Shown: positions 35,846 through 48,777 of the stretch, one piece after another | Numbering within the stretch: position 1 is the first letter of the stretch | Layout: each line of letters opens with the position of its first letter | Origin: Octopus bimaculoides | Taxonomy: Eukaryota | Length of the DNA stretch: 51,019 bases | Direction of reading: 5' to 3' | Assembly (NCBI RefSeq): GCF_001194135.2 | Contig: NC_068981.1 | Span: forward strand, 30,390,639 to 30,441,657 | The notes under the pieces: model-generated | Database searches by the model: none | Seen by the model: the letters and a program-made list of their open reading frames with translations, nothing else | What the model was told of the DNA's origin: nothing | Program-made: the position numbers and the translations under genes

Positions 35846-36028
35846 GAGAGAGAGAAAGAGAGCTTATGGCTTGAAATGTAAGAATAAGTTGACTTGAGCA
35901 CTGACAAAACTGAGGGCATCTATTTTGTGTATGAAATATATACATACATACATACATACATACATACATACAAGTATATATACAAACATACATGTATATA
36001 TACAAACATACATGTATATATGCATACA

Positions 36029-36110
<82 letters not shown>

Positions 36111-36245
36111 GACGCGTGTGTGTGTATGTATGCACGTGCATACATTACAAGAGACAAGCAGAGAGAAATAGACACAGACACACAGACAGAAGAGAAGAGG
36201 CAAAAGAGGGAAGGAGGCAGGGAGAGAGAGAGAGAGAGAAAGAGA
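35330..36245. repeat. Compound microsatellite field (TA, CA, CTAT, GA, TACA, TG)
   Basis: Directly visible. Confidence 0.95.
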
Positions 36246-37399
36246 GAGTGTACATACGGAATATGCACGTATATCAATTCGTTCGTGTTAGGAGTGTATT
36301 TATGTATTTATTCGCTCGAACATTTATCACGATTTATAAGTGATATTGTCGCACTTATTTGAGAATAACTTCGACGTAAGGCGTTNNNNNNNNNNNNNNN
36401 NNNNNNNNNNNNNNNNNNNNNNNNNNNNNNNNNNNNNNNNNNNNNNNNNNNNNNNNNNNNNNNNNNNNNNNNNNNNNNNNNNNNNNNNNNNNNNNNNNNN
36501 NNNNNNNNNNNNNNNNNNNNNNNNNNNNNNNNNNNNNNNNNNNNNNNNNNNNNNNNNNNNNNNNNNNNNNATATATAGGCATGTATAAGTATATGAATGT
36601 ATTGTATATATATATATATATATATATCAGTCAACCACGGTAGTGGTTGAATATATTCTTAAGTCCACCATTTCGTCAAACGCAGCAGCTTCCAAGCTTC
36701 GCCATTAATTCAGTTCTCAACTAAGTTGCAAACTGTTAGCAGTTTTAAAGAGGACACCTCCTCAGCTATATTTTGGCATAAATAGTTTGAGATTTGGTTC
36801 AGTAGAAAAAAGTTACATAAAAATATCTGCAACCTCAAGGGGCGCATTAAGGAACCTATTCACCCTCAATTAACAGAAAAATTTTAATTTTAGATTAAAC
36901 GTATACCTTCCTTAGGCTTAAATGATAGAAAAATGCATGAGGAATTCAGAATCACTAGTGGCATTGAATTCAGAATCACTAGTGGCATAGTAGAAAAAGA
37001 GTTATGAGGTAAAATGTTACGACATTTCCTGTCAGTAAGTAAGAGAGTAAGGGACTAACGCTTCAGCTATAAGAATAAAGAATATATTTCTAAAATCAAA
37101 GTTTACTTTCTAAGGCGGCGAGCTGGCATATATCTTCTCCATACGTAGATCCTGGAATCGTTAGCCGTGAGTAAAGAAGCACCAAAAATAATCTGATACA
37201 TTAAGCTACTCGTGAATAAATGAGTATCAATTCTGCAAATATGTAAATATGTATTATAATCACGAACCCTATATTCATTAGAAGGGAAATATTCCAAGAA
37301 TGCTTCGCCTGTCTGTCTGTCTGTCTGTCTGTCTGTCTTTTGCCATTCCTTTTCTGCTTGACTCTAACCAACATGTTAAACCTGACTGGACTACAAATG

Positions 37400-39130
37400 C
37401 TGGGGGAGACAATAAACAATTTTTGCATATGAACGACCTCGAGTTGTGCGCTGAAAATGCGAAGCAAGTAGAAACTCTACTGCAGACTGTACAAAGATTT
37501 TTTCTAGACGACTTAATATGTGACTCGAATTAGGAAATGGCAACAAATTAAACTTGGTGAAAGGAAAATTAATTGAAATTATTAATGTATCTGTGTTAGA
37601 GAATTAAACCCAAACAATGTCATATAAATACTTAGAAATCAATGAAGCAGACAGAGTACAATACACACAAATGAAAGAAAAGAGTAAGAAGGAATATTAT
37701 AGATACCATAATAATCTACTTTTCTCTCTGTATACATACAATACACATATGTAAACACAAACATAAGTATCCATACATATACATATATACATGCACACAT
37801 GAATACACACATACATGCATACATAGATACATACATACATACATATACACCCACACATACACACACTCATTATAAAATATGAAAATGAACTAGCAGGAGT
37901 AGACACAAAAACGAGAATAATTGACGGAATTTAGAAACGATACTTAGAATCTGAGAGAAAGATTGTATTTATTATGAATGTAGGTGGCGAGTGAAGGCGC
38001 ATGGCTCAGTGGTTAGAGCGTCGAGCTTACGATCGTGAGGTTGTGAGTTCGATTCCCGGACCGGGCTGCGTGTTGTGTTCTTAAGCAGGACACTTTATGT
38101 CACATTGCTTCAGCTCACTCAGCTGTCGAAATGAATTGCGACATCACTGATGCTTAGCTGTATCGGCCTTTGCCTTTCCCTTGGATAACATCAGTGGTGT
38201 GGAGAGGGGAGGCTGGTATGCATGGGCGACTGCTGGCCTCCCGTAAACAACCTTGCCCGGACTTGTGCCTGGGAGGTTAATTTCCTAGGTGCAATCCCAT
38301 GACCGAAGGGGGTCATCCATGACCGAAGGGGGTCATCCATGACCGAAGGGGGTCTCCTCCTCAGGTGGCTAGAGGCCTTATGCAACAAGAAAACTATGAT
38401 AACATATCCTCTGTAGGACTACAAAAATAATCAGTAAAGAATAATTGGAAAGCAAAACAAATAATTGCAAAACATGAACGAAACAACATTTTTCTGTCTT
38501 CTAGAAAACCAACAGTTACAAAACAGTTATTGAAATGATTGACCGTTGTGAGACGAAAATCATAAACAGCAGCAGAATTTGTAATAAAGTAAGAAAAAAC
38601 TAATTTAAAATAGAGCTGTAGCATGCCAAGCTAAAGCAGTGGCAAGAATATACTTGGTCAATGAATATGGCGCAAATATACAAAGAAAAACCACGACAGC
38701 AACTGAGAAGCTCAGAACTGCTAAGGCTGACGGTGTAGAATTTATAGTGGTGGCTCACGCTCAAAGTCTTCTCACAAGAGCCCACCAAAAGCATGTAGTG
38801 AAGCAAAGTATGTGAAATAACTGTAGGGTATATGGAAATTGAGAAGAAAGAATTAACCCCTCCCCACTGTCGTGGTTGCCTTATTAGAGCTCAGAAAGTG
38901 TACGTCAATAAGCATGACAGAATTCGAGTGCTGATATACTGGAGGTTATGCCAGCATTATGAAACAGAAAGAGAAAACATGTGATATAAACATACACTTG
39001 GAACGTCTCGGAGAATGAGAAAGCGACTATACAGTTGCTTGACTATACCAGTTCACACGGACAAGGAGATCAAGACTATCGCTCAGATACTCTTCTTTAT
39101 GATCATCAGGAAAAGTAGATGTTCTCCATT
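37400..39130 (+). mobile_element. Degenerate R4/Dong-clade LINE (RT end, CCHC, endonuclease start) with nested insertions
   Basis: FLHMNDLELCAENAKQVETLLQTVQRF; YKYLEINE...MKEKSKKEYYR; NVGG|RGL split by a SINE; EFIVVAHAQSLLTRAHQKHV; NKHDRIRVLIYWRLCQHYE; ENEK; PVHTDKEIK. Confidence 0.85.
37993..38357 (+). mobile_element. CORE-type tRNA-derived SINE (family D; OR2-like)
   Basis: A box tggctcagtgg, B box gagttcgattcc, CORE-like tgtgttcttaagcaggacactttatgtcacattgcttcagctcactcagctgtcgaaatg; near-terminal 7-bp direct repeat aggtggc (37982-88, 38363-69). Confidence 0.88.
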
Positions 39131-39224
39131 TGAAGTGTTGTAAATACAAACAGACGATCAGATTTTGAACGACTAGAATCTAAATTAATCATAACAACGT
39201 ATAAATAATGGTTTTAAATTTTGC

Positions 39225-39424
39225 CACAAGGCAGCCATTTTGGGGGAGGGGATGAGTCGATTACATCATCAACCCCAGTGTTTCGCTGGTATTTAATTTA
39301 TCGAATCCGAAAGGATGAAAGGCAAAGCTGACCTCGGCGGAATTTGAACTCAGTACGTGAAGACGGACGAAATACTACTAAGCATTTCGCCCGGCGTGCT
39401 AACGATTCTGCTAACTCACCGCCT
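39225..39424 (-). mobile_element. SINE family C
   Basis: gaaaggatgaaaggcaaagctgacctcggcggaatttgaactcag...gcatttcgcccggcgtgctaacgattctgc. Confidence 0.88.
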
Positions 39425-40059
39425 CAGAACGTATAGATAATGACTATGCATTAAAGAATGAAAAAAAAAAAAAAAAAGGTATCGGAGTGGTGATGCATAT
39501 CCTGCATGTAGATAGATTTTCTCGCAAATTAGGGTGGCTTACAATGTGTTGCTTACCCATGCTTTTTAATTGAACTGAATTAATTTCTTTTTCAAGTATC
39601 TCCATTATAGATATTTATACTCCGGTGAAATTAAGAAATCAGCCCTTAAATAAACGAAATCATCGAATCCATCACTGTACACACACACACACGCACATAG
39701 AGTCATATATGTATGCATGTATGTATGAAAGTATTTATGTATGTACCCAAACGTGTCTACGCGCATAGGTACACCATGATCTATACACGCGCAAGTGAGG
39801 GTCGATTCATATGTAAAAGAAATTGAACCAAATAATATGACCACTTGCTTATCGAGAAATTTGTAAGTTCAATTAAAAAAAAAAAATTCTTTTTCTTTGT
39901 TGATGGTAATCAAACCAAAGGTTCATCTTTTCGAGCCACTCACCCAATGAGTATTTCTTCCAAATGTGGTGAAAATCCGTTCGGCTGTTTTCCAGTAATT
40001 TTGCAAACACACAGACAAAGACGAGCGATTACTATACCCTACTTTCGCTTACGAGTGCA

Positions 40060-40546
40060 GGGTGATAATAAACAATAATAGACACAAAAAACCCCCCACA
40101 GGAGTTAGCATGCAACAACTCAACAAACGAACATCAATAACATATAGAAAAGTTATGATCATCACAACAACGCTTAGCACACCAACAATAACAACACATA
40201 ATAAACAACAATAACACAATATATAACAATAACTACAACGCAATGCACAGTAAACAACACACTAAATTGATAAGTAAAAACAACACTGAACTAGCAATAA
40301 CAGAACTCATCAAACGTGTAAACAACAATAATACAAAACACTATAAACAATAATTCCAATAACAAAAAAACATCGACAAACAACAAACAATAACATTAAG
40401 TAAATAATGAACAATGAACACAGCAATAACAACAGCATACAACAACAATAACAAATGCACTACACAGAATAACAGCAACATATTCAAGCGACAAGCAGTA
40501 ATGACAATGATAATGCTAAATATAATAATCATAGGAATAACAGCAC
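40060..40546. repeat. Degenerate (AAC/AAT)-rich low-complexity tract
   Basis: Strong A/C strand bias and decayed triplet periodicity. Confidence 0.8.
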
Positions 40547-41711
40547 NNNNNNNNNNNNNNNNNNNNNNNNNNNNNNNNNNNNNNNNNNNNNNNNNNNNNN
40601 NNNNNNNNNNNNNNNNNNNNNNNNNNNNNNNNNNNNNNNNNNNNNNNNNNNNNNNNNNNNNNNNNNNNNNNNNNNNNNNNNNNNNNNNNNNNNNNNNNNN
40701 NNNNNNNNNNNNNNNNNNNNNNNNNNNNNNNNNNNNNNNNNNNNNNNNNNNNNNNNNNNNNNNNNNNNNNNNNNNNNNNNNNNNNNNNNNNNNNNNNNNN
40801 NNNNNNNNNNNNNNNNNNNNNNNNNNNNNNNNNNNNNNNNNNNNNNNNNNNNNNNNNNNNNNNNNNNNNNNNNNNNNNNNNNNNNNNNNNNNNNNNNNNN
40901 NNNNNNNNNNNNNNNNNNNNNNNNNNNNNNNNNNNNNNNNNNNNNNNNNNNNNNNNNNNNNNNNNNNNNNNNNNNNNNNNNNNNNNNNNNNNNNNNNNNN
41001 NNNNNNNNNNNNNNNNNNNNNNNNNNNNNNNNNNNNNNNNNNNNNNNNNNNNNNNNNNNNNNNNNNNNNNNNNNNNNNNNNNNNNNNNNNNNNNNNNNNN
41101 NNNNNNNNNNNNNNNNNNNNNNNNNNNNNNNNNNNNNNNNNNNNNNNNNNNNNNNNNNNNNNNNNNNNNNNNNNNNNNNNNNNNNNNNNNNNNNNNNNNN
41201 NNNNNNNNNNNNNNNNNNNNNNNNNNNNNNNNNNNNNNNNNNNNNNNNNNNNNNNNNNNNNNNNNNNNNNNNNNNNNNNNNNNNNNNNNNNNNNNNNNNN
41301 NNNNNNNNNNNNNNNNNNNNNNNNNNNNNNNNNNNNNNNNNNNNNNNNNNNNNNNNNNNNNNNNNNNNNNNNNNNNNNNNNNNNNNNNNNNNNNNNNNNN
41401 NNNNTATGTAAAAATGTATTAATATAATATATATACATGCACGCTCACATGTATACATTCTTTTTAATAATGAATTTTACAAGACTCTTTAGAATTTGTC
41501 AGAAGAATTCTGAAATGAAACAGACTGGATTAATGTTGCATGAATCATTATTTTATTGAATATATGTATAACTATATCTGCCCTTCTTTCATGTATTGAG
41601 TGCATTACTTTAAATTATAGTTCTCTGAGAAGTTTTTTTTAAAGGAGAGCATACAAAAATATGTTCTAGTTATAGCTGTATCTTTTAGATGCATTCCCAA
41701 CCAATAATTTA

Positions 41712-42140
41712 TACTCTTTTACTCTTTTACTTGTTTCATTCATTTGACTGCGGCCATGCTGGAGCACCACCTTTAGTCGAGCAACTCGACCCCAGGACTT
41801 ATTTTTTGTAAGCCTAGTACTTATTCTATCGAGCTCTTTTTGCCGAACCGCTAAGTTATGGGGACGTAAACACATCAGCATCGGTTGAGAAGCGATGTTG
41901 GGGGGACAAATACAGATTCACAAACACACAAATATATATACATATATACATATATAAGACGGGCTTCTTTCAGTTTCCGTCTACCAAATCCACTCACAAG
42001 GCTTTGGTCGCCCCGAGGCTATAGTAGAAGACACTTGCCCAAGGTGCCACGCAGTGGGACTGAACCCAGAACCATGTGGTTGGTAAGCAAGCTACTTACC
42101 ACACAGCCACTGCTGCGCCACTGCTGCGCCACTGCTGCGC
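41712..42140 (-). mobile_element. SINE family A, full length, with (ccactgctgcg)x3 at its 5' end
   Basis: Tail tactcttttactcttttac, full body, 11-bp tandem at about 42107-42140. Confidence 0.92.
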
Positions 42141-43071
42141 CACTGCTAACCCTTTGCTTCTCCAAAGCATTTCATAAGTTTGTCCTAAACGTCCATCTTT
42201 GTTTTCAGACTTTAAGTTTGCCTCTGTTTCACACGTTCTGAGTAATACAAAAATTGTCCTCCATAAATCCCGAGTTACTCTAGCGGCAGAAAAGAATAAT
42301 TGGGAATATCTACCATATATGATGCATGGACGCCAGGGAAATATGCATCTTGCATCAGGTGATACGCAGGACAAGTAATGCGTTCATATGCATTTAAAAG
42401 TTACCGAGTAATGACTCAATCCTTACCAATAAATATTAAAATAAGTATCGTATCAAAGGAAGCACTACTACGTATACTTATTACATAATCTAGCTTAAAT
42501 ATCTAAGTCCTCTTCAGTGCAACGTTAAGCACTTTAACAGCTATTTACTACACCAGAAATCACAAGTAGTTGCCACACGTATATATCTTTGGTTAATTTC
42601 GTTCCGTTGGTTCATACAAAAACGTCACTTTCGACTTTTCCTCGGAATTTACGTTGGCCCAAACCGTTATAAATAGCGTATCCAACAATGTTGTTTGAAT
42701 TCGTCATGGTCAAGGTATTATCACACCTGTTTCATACCTGTTTAAAATTTTACCTAAAGATGGTGGATTATATGTTATGATGTAATCTATGAATATATCA
42801 ATAAATTCTACAGAAAAGCTGTCGTAAATTTAAAATTCTATTTGTATCCTTTTTATATCTACGCCGTACATAGAACCAGCCTCGAGTTGAATTTACGGTT
42901 CAAATTGGAATTGGCCCTTACATATTTACAGTATCCTACCAACATGTGGTACCTTCGTGCTTGTTTTAACTCACTATGAAGCCCATGTTATTATACCTAG
43001 CCATTTCTGGCGTCCTATGTGTTAATGTACTTAGCTTCTATTGAATCCTATGATTTCTCGCCCCTCTCTCT

Positions 43072-43111
<40 letters not shown>

Positions 43112-44311
43112 TTGCATCAATTTTATTCACCTCCTTGGAAACGTTAGATGATTTAATTACAAATTTGTTTAAATATCTCCCGGTATAGATTGTACTATTT
43201 CCATTATGCTAAAATGTTTAATTTCTTACTAACATACAAATGATATTTCATCATTCAGGATAAGATGTCAATTAATGAAAAATAATTTTCGGCCCAAGTA
43301 TGGTAGCCTGTACTTACACACACGCATATATGTATGTGTGTGTGTGTGTATGTGACTATATAAGCATTCGATATATGCGTGTAAGTATGTATGTATGAGT
43401 GATACCTTCAAGAACATCTTTCTTGAGTGGAAGCATTGCTCGTGTTAGTGAAAGGTTAATTTCAAGTAAAAACATTTCTCTTGACCTTTCCTTGCTTTAG
43501 TGTTAGCCCAGACAGCGATTCTTAAATTGAAGCGACGAAAGCTTATTGTATGATAATGTTTATATAATAGGTTGTTTCTATAGTGACTAAGATGAGGTGG
43601 TCTTATGTATTGATAGGTACACAGCAGCAAATTTCCTAAGGTTACAGTTTATCGGAAAGAGTTCTAAGAAGTACAGATCGATTGAAGAGCTAAGAGTGGA
43701 AACGTCTCGAAGTTAAAGTCAGTGGCTGCAAGCTAGTAATGAAAGAAACTAATAGAGTGGGCGACTAAAGCTAGTATTTATTTATTTATTTATTTATTGG
43801 TTAAAAATATTTAGACTTCTGAATTTGAAAGTTTCGTGATGTTTTATTGAATTGTAGACAATCAAAACTGTCATATATTGAATGAAAGCAAAGGGAAATA
43901 AAAACGATGAAGTACTTTCTTTGAGGGCATCGGAAATTCTAATTAAAAAGCTTTTGCCTTTAGACATATTCTCACCATGGCGAACGCTTTGACGTCACAA
44001 AGGCTAAAACACAAAGCAATGGTGCCACTGAATTGTGTCGAAAATCATAGAAGCAAAGCATTGTTTAAAATCATCGAAAGCAGAGTCGAACTGTTGTGCA
44101 AAATTGCTTACGGTTCGCATCTTATCTACTCAAGAGCAAAGCTAGCAGAGTATCATAAAAGCGAATGACAAAATGTCTTGCAGTATTTGTTCTTGTTTTT
44201 TCTTTTGAGGTCTTAGGTGATAAGCTTAATCTGTTGTTCGGTTTAACTCCATCACATAGTCCTTTCTTTAACACCAACTCGGCTTAACACCATCATACAT
44301 CCGCATACACA

Positions 44312-44452
44312 CGGTACTTAATTCATCGACCCCGAAAGGATGAAAGGCAAATTCGACCTCGGCGGAATTTGAGCTTAGAACGTAGCGGTAGACAAAATAC
44401 CACTAAACATTTCGCCCGGCGTGCTAACGTTTCTGCCAGCTCGTCACCTTAA
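44312..44452 (-). mobile_element. SINE family C, 5' part
   Basis: ggtacttaattcatcgaccccgaaaggatgaaaggc...gctaacgtttctgccagctcgtcacctt. Confidence 0.88.
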
Positions 44453-45206
44453 AATGAATGTGGATATTGTTCTTACTGTTCTTCCTGCTCCGTCTAAGAG
44501 GTAAAAGAAATTCCGCCATCATGTCATTGTGGTATTTAGGGTCCATGTGGAGACATTGAATTTTGAAAATACACCATATATGTATCTTAGTGTGGACATT
44601 TAAACAGACGTAAACTGGGTTTTCTTACTGTGCTAAATTCTAATAACTGAGCTTATTTCGCCATACCACAGAAAAAGAAGAGGTGTGAACGTTGTCTCTT
44701 GATATATTAAAAAAAAAAAATGGCGAAAATCTCTTTCGAATTACATACTGCAATTTAAAAACAAAAGAAAGCCACCTTGGATTATATAGCGCAAGATGCA
44801 CTGCACTCGTCCCCAAGAAGACAATCATGGTTGATGTAATTGATATAATTGCCATTGCTCAGTGAACTAAATCACCAGGGCTGATCTGGCGTTAAACAAC
44901 ATGAATAACAACAACAATGACGGCAATGACAACAATAATAACATCAGAAACAACAACAAAAATACAAAACAACTTGGAATAAAGTGTAATTGCCGAGTGC
45001 TTTACTACGTTTGAGTGTGATTTCCTACTTTGCCGTCAGTTGTGGCTAGAAACAGAGATGACATAGCTCCCTTTAAGCTGATTTCTCATAGAAATAATGA
45101 AAATCATAGAAGCAAAGCATTGTTTAAAATCATCGAAAGCAGAGTCGAACTGTTGTGCAAAATTGCTTACGATTCGCATCTTATCTACTCAAGAGCAAAG
45201 CTAGCA

Positions 45207-45660
45207 AGGTGGCGAGCTGGCAGAAACGTTAGCATGCCGGGAGAAATGCTTAGCGGTATTTTGGCTGACGTTACGTTCTGAGTTCAAATTCCGCCGAGGT
45301 CGACTTTGTCTTTCATCCTTTCGGGGTCGATTAAATAAGTACCAGTTACGCACTGGGGTCGATATAATCGACTTAATCCGTTTGTCTGTCCTTGTTTGTC
45401 CCCTCTGTGTGTAGCCCCTTATAGGCAGTGGAGAAATAAGAAACGTTAGCACGCTAGGCGAAATGCTTAGCGGTATTTCGTCTGCCGTTACGTTCTGAGT
45501 TCAAATTCCACCGAGGTCGACTTTACCTTTTATCCTTTCGGGGTCGAGTAAATAAGTACCAGTTACGCACTGGGGTCGATATAATCGACTTAATCTGTTT
45601 GTCTGTCCTTGTTTGTCCCTTCTGTGTGTAGCCCCTTGTGGGTAGTAAAGAAATAAGAAA
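45207..45660 (+). mobile_element. SINE family C, young head-to-tail dimer
   Basis: Two ~220-230-bp units of high identity joined at gagaaataa|gaaacgttagc. Confidence 0.93.
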
Positions 45661-46162
45661 TAATGAAATAAACTTCAAGTCAAATATAGAAACTCAAGGG
45701 AATTTGAGAATCATATATGCGCACACTGATATACACGCACGCGCACACACAGACACAGACATATATACGCATATACACTCACACACACACACACATACAC
45801 AGATACTCTTATCCGTGTGTACTTAATCTTACTGTGAAACAAGACCTCATTTAGATATCTTTGGGAGTTTGGAATGAGGATCGAAGCGATCGGTTTATGA
45901 TCATTTAACAATTTACCAGCACTCACTCACTACTCCTCTTAGGTGACACTCTGTATATTTGTTTGTTGCTAATCTACGTAGTAATGATAATCATACGCGC
46001 GTACACACACGCACACTGGCATGCATGCACGTGTGCACACGCACACACATACACGCGCACACACACACACACACACACGCACACACATACACGCACACAT
46101 ACAAATGTGTTTAATGATCTTATGCTGAATATCTGAACTATTTGACAAGTAATACAGTTCAA

Positions 46163-46430
46163 GTAATATGGCGTAGTGGTTAAGAGCACGGGCTACTAAC
46201 CCCAAGATTCCGAGTTCGATTCCTGGCAGTGACCTGAATAATAATGATAACAATGATAATAATAATAATAACAACATCGAAAAATACCTTAGGAATGAGA
46301 ACCCAGGTTCGAAATTTCCCCAAGACACCCGATGAAGGCTGGAGGGTATATCAGCCGAAACGTTGTGTAAACAACAAACAAGATGAGGAAAAATATCCGT
46401 CAATTGTAAATAATGTAAATAATGTATTTG
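46163..46430 (+). mobile_element. tRNA-headed SINE (family E) with (AAT)n spacer and hammerhead-containing Penelope-like tail
   Basis: A box tggcgtagtgg, B box gagttcgattcc, (AAT)n, then gacacccgatgaaggctggagggtatatcagccgaaacgttgtgt and a short tail (tgtaaataa)n. Confidence 0.8.
46325..46368 (+). ncRNA. Minimal type-I hammerhead ribozyme motif (U4C variant)
   Basis: Stem I acac/gtgt; core C-C-GAUGA (consensus CUGANGA); stem II ggctg/cagcc with the conserved G10.1-C11.1 pair; GAAA; loopless stem III CG within palindromic ACGU; GUU cleavage triplet. Confidence 0.7.
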
Positions 46431-46480
46431 ACAAGTGTTTCATTTGCTTATGAAATTCCAAGTAATGAAATCTTAAGTAC

Positions 46481-46815
46481 ATAGGTGCAGGAGTGACTGT
46501 GTAGTAAGTAACTTGCTTACCAACCACATGGTTTCAGATTCAGTCCCGCTGCATGGTACCTTGGGCAATTGCCTTCTACTATAGCCTCGGGCCGACCAAA
46601 GCCTTGTGAGTGGATTTGGTAGACGTAAGTCCCCTCACCATCGATTGACAACCGATGTTGTGTGTTCACTTCCCCGTAACATAGCGGTTCGGCGTAAGAG
46701 ACCGATAGAATAAGTACTTGGCTAACAAAGAATAAGTCTTGGAGTCGATTTGTTTGACTAAAGGCGGTGCATCCCCATGGCAACAGTCAAATGACTGAAA
46801 TAAAATAAAAAAAAA
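46481..46815 (+). mobile_element. SINE family A with the internal microsatellite block deleted
   Basis: The body jumps from ggatttggtagacg directly to taagtcccctcaccatcgattgacaacc. Confidence 0.88.
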
Positions 46816-47025
46816 AGAATATATAATTTCGGTCGGTGAGTCACGAAATGGCATTTAACTTTGGAATTTAAGATGTTTTGAAATGTTTAATTCTTACATA
46901 TATTCACGCGATGAAAACTTTTTTTTAGCATAGTGTAATCATTATATTCGTCAATAAAAATACGTCTGAAACAGCTGTAGTGAACCACAATCCATCTGAT
47001 TATACATACATACATACATACATAT

Positions 47026-47074
<49 letters not shown>

Positions 47075-48394
47075 NNNNNNNNNNNNNNNNNNNNNNNNNN
47101 NNNNNNNNNNNNNNNNNNNNNNNNNNNNNNNNNNNNNNNNNNNNNNNNNNNNNNNNNNNNNNNNNNNNNNNNNNNNNNNNNNNNNNNNNNNNNNNNNNNN
47201 NNNNNNNNNNNNNNNNNNNNNNNNNNNNNNNNNNNNNNNNNNNNNNNNNNNNNNNNNNNNNNNNNNNNNNNNNNNNNNNNNNNNNNNNNNNNNNNNNNNN
47301 NNNNNNNNNNNNNNNNNNNNNNNNNNNNNNNNNNNNNNNNNNNNNNNNNNNNNNNNNNNNNNNNNNNNNNNNNNNNNNNNNNNNNNNNNNNNNNNNNNNN
47401 NNNNNNNNNNNNNNNNNNNNNNNNNNNNNNNNNNNNNNNNNNNNNNNNNNNNNNNNNNNNNNNNNNNNNNNNNNNNNNNNNNNNNNNNNNNNNNNNNNNN
47501 NNNNNNNNNNNNNNNNNNNNNNNNNNNNNNNNNNNNNNNNNNNNNNNNNNNNNNNNNNNNNNNNNNNNNNNNNNNNNNNNNNNNNNNNNNNNNNNNNNNN
47601 NNNNNNNNNNNNNNNNNNNNNNNNNNNNNNNNNNNNNNNNNNNNNNNNNNNNNNNNNNNNNNNNNNNNNNNNNNNNNNNNNNNNNNNNNNNNNNNNNNNN
47701 NNNNNNNNNNNNNNNNNNNNNNNNNNNNNNNNNNNNNNNNNNNNNNNNNNNNNNNNNNNNNNNNNNNNNNNATATATATATATATATACATATATGCATG
47801 TATGTATGTATATGTATGTGTGCGTGTGCGCGTTTATTCAGGCGATGGTACTTATAAAACCAGTTATATCTCTTGGTAATTTCGAATCATAAGAATAATT
47901 TCGAGATTCATATGTAACATGTCTAATCTTGTATCATCATCTGGACAAATATATATCCACACTCTGCAGTATTTTATTGAGTATTTCCTATAAGTTGTGA
48001 TTCTTCCAGTTTCATGGGATGAAACAATCTTAATCAAACACGAATGGTTGTCATAAATTTGTATGTGCGTGACTTTGTAACATATTCATTGAACATACTC
48101 TCACATTCCTAAAATTGCTGGTTATAATTTTGAACATAGAACGGTGAACCACAACGTTGGGTTTTGATAAATATTTCATATTGGATGCTTAAAATTACAA
48201 AATATGTGTTGTATACTCGCTTTTTGATCATTTTTGCTTATTAAATGCTTAAAACGTGCTATCGTTGCAATGTTGACATTATTATCTTGTCGTCTTACGA
48301 TTGCAGCCACGCACAGAATGACAACTTCCAAATCCTCTTTTCTGACTGGGTAAAAATAATCAGACTTAAACCTCTGTAACATTATAAAAACTTC

Positions 48395-48530
48395 TTATTT
48401 TAACGACCTCGAAAGTTGAAAATCAAAGTCGACATCGACAGAATTTGAACTCTAAGCATAAACAATAAGAAGAAATGTCACTAAGTATTTTGTTCAATGT
48501 GCTAACGATTCTGCACGTTGGTTGCCTTAA
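48395..48530 (-). mobile_element. SINE family C, degenerate
   Basis: aaagtcgacatcgacagaatttgaactc...ctaagtattttgttcaatgtgctaacgattctgc...gcctt. Confidence 0.7.
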
Positions 48531-48777
48531 AATAAGAATGATATGCTGGCATTGATTCCTATGACTACTTTTTACCTAACAAAATATTTCTGAACATTTG
48601 CGAATGTAAGCCGTCTTAGAACAATCTCATGCGCGTCAATCGTTCGTAGTTTCAATATTTAGCTGAAGATTTTTAACTTCGACAAGATTATTAACTGCTC
48701 CTGGAGAGGAAATTAATGGCTTTCCAGTAACCTAATATTAACTATTCAATTACTATTATTAATGATTAGCAAAAAGT

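Noticed and set aside
37993-38066. Possible tRNA genes (also 11171, 18556, 46163)
   Set aside because: A/B boxes are present but cloverleafs are imperfect and each runs into a SINE body.
43977-44168. 63-aa ORF with a strong Kozak-like context (caccATGg) overlapping the 108-bp duplicated segment
   Set aside because: Short, with no recognisable domain or supporting exon structure.
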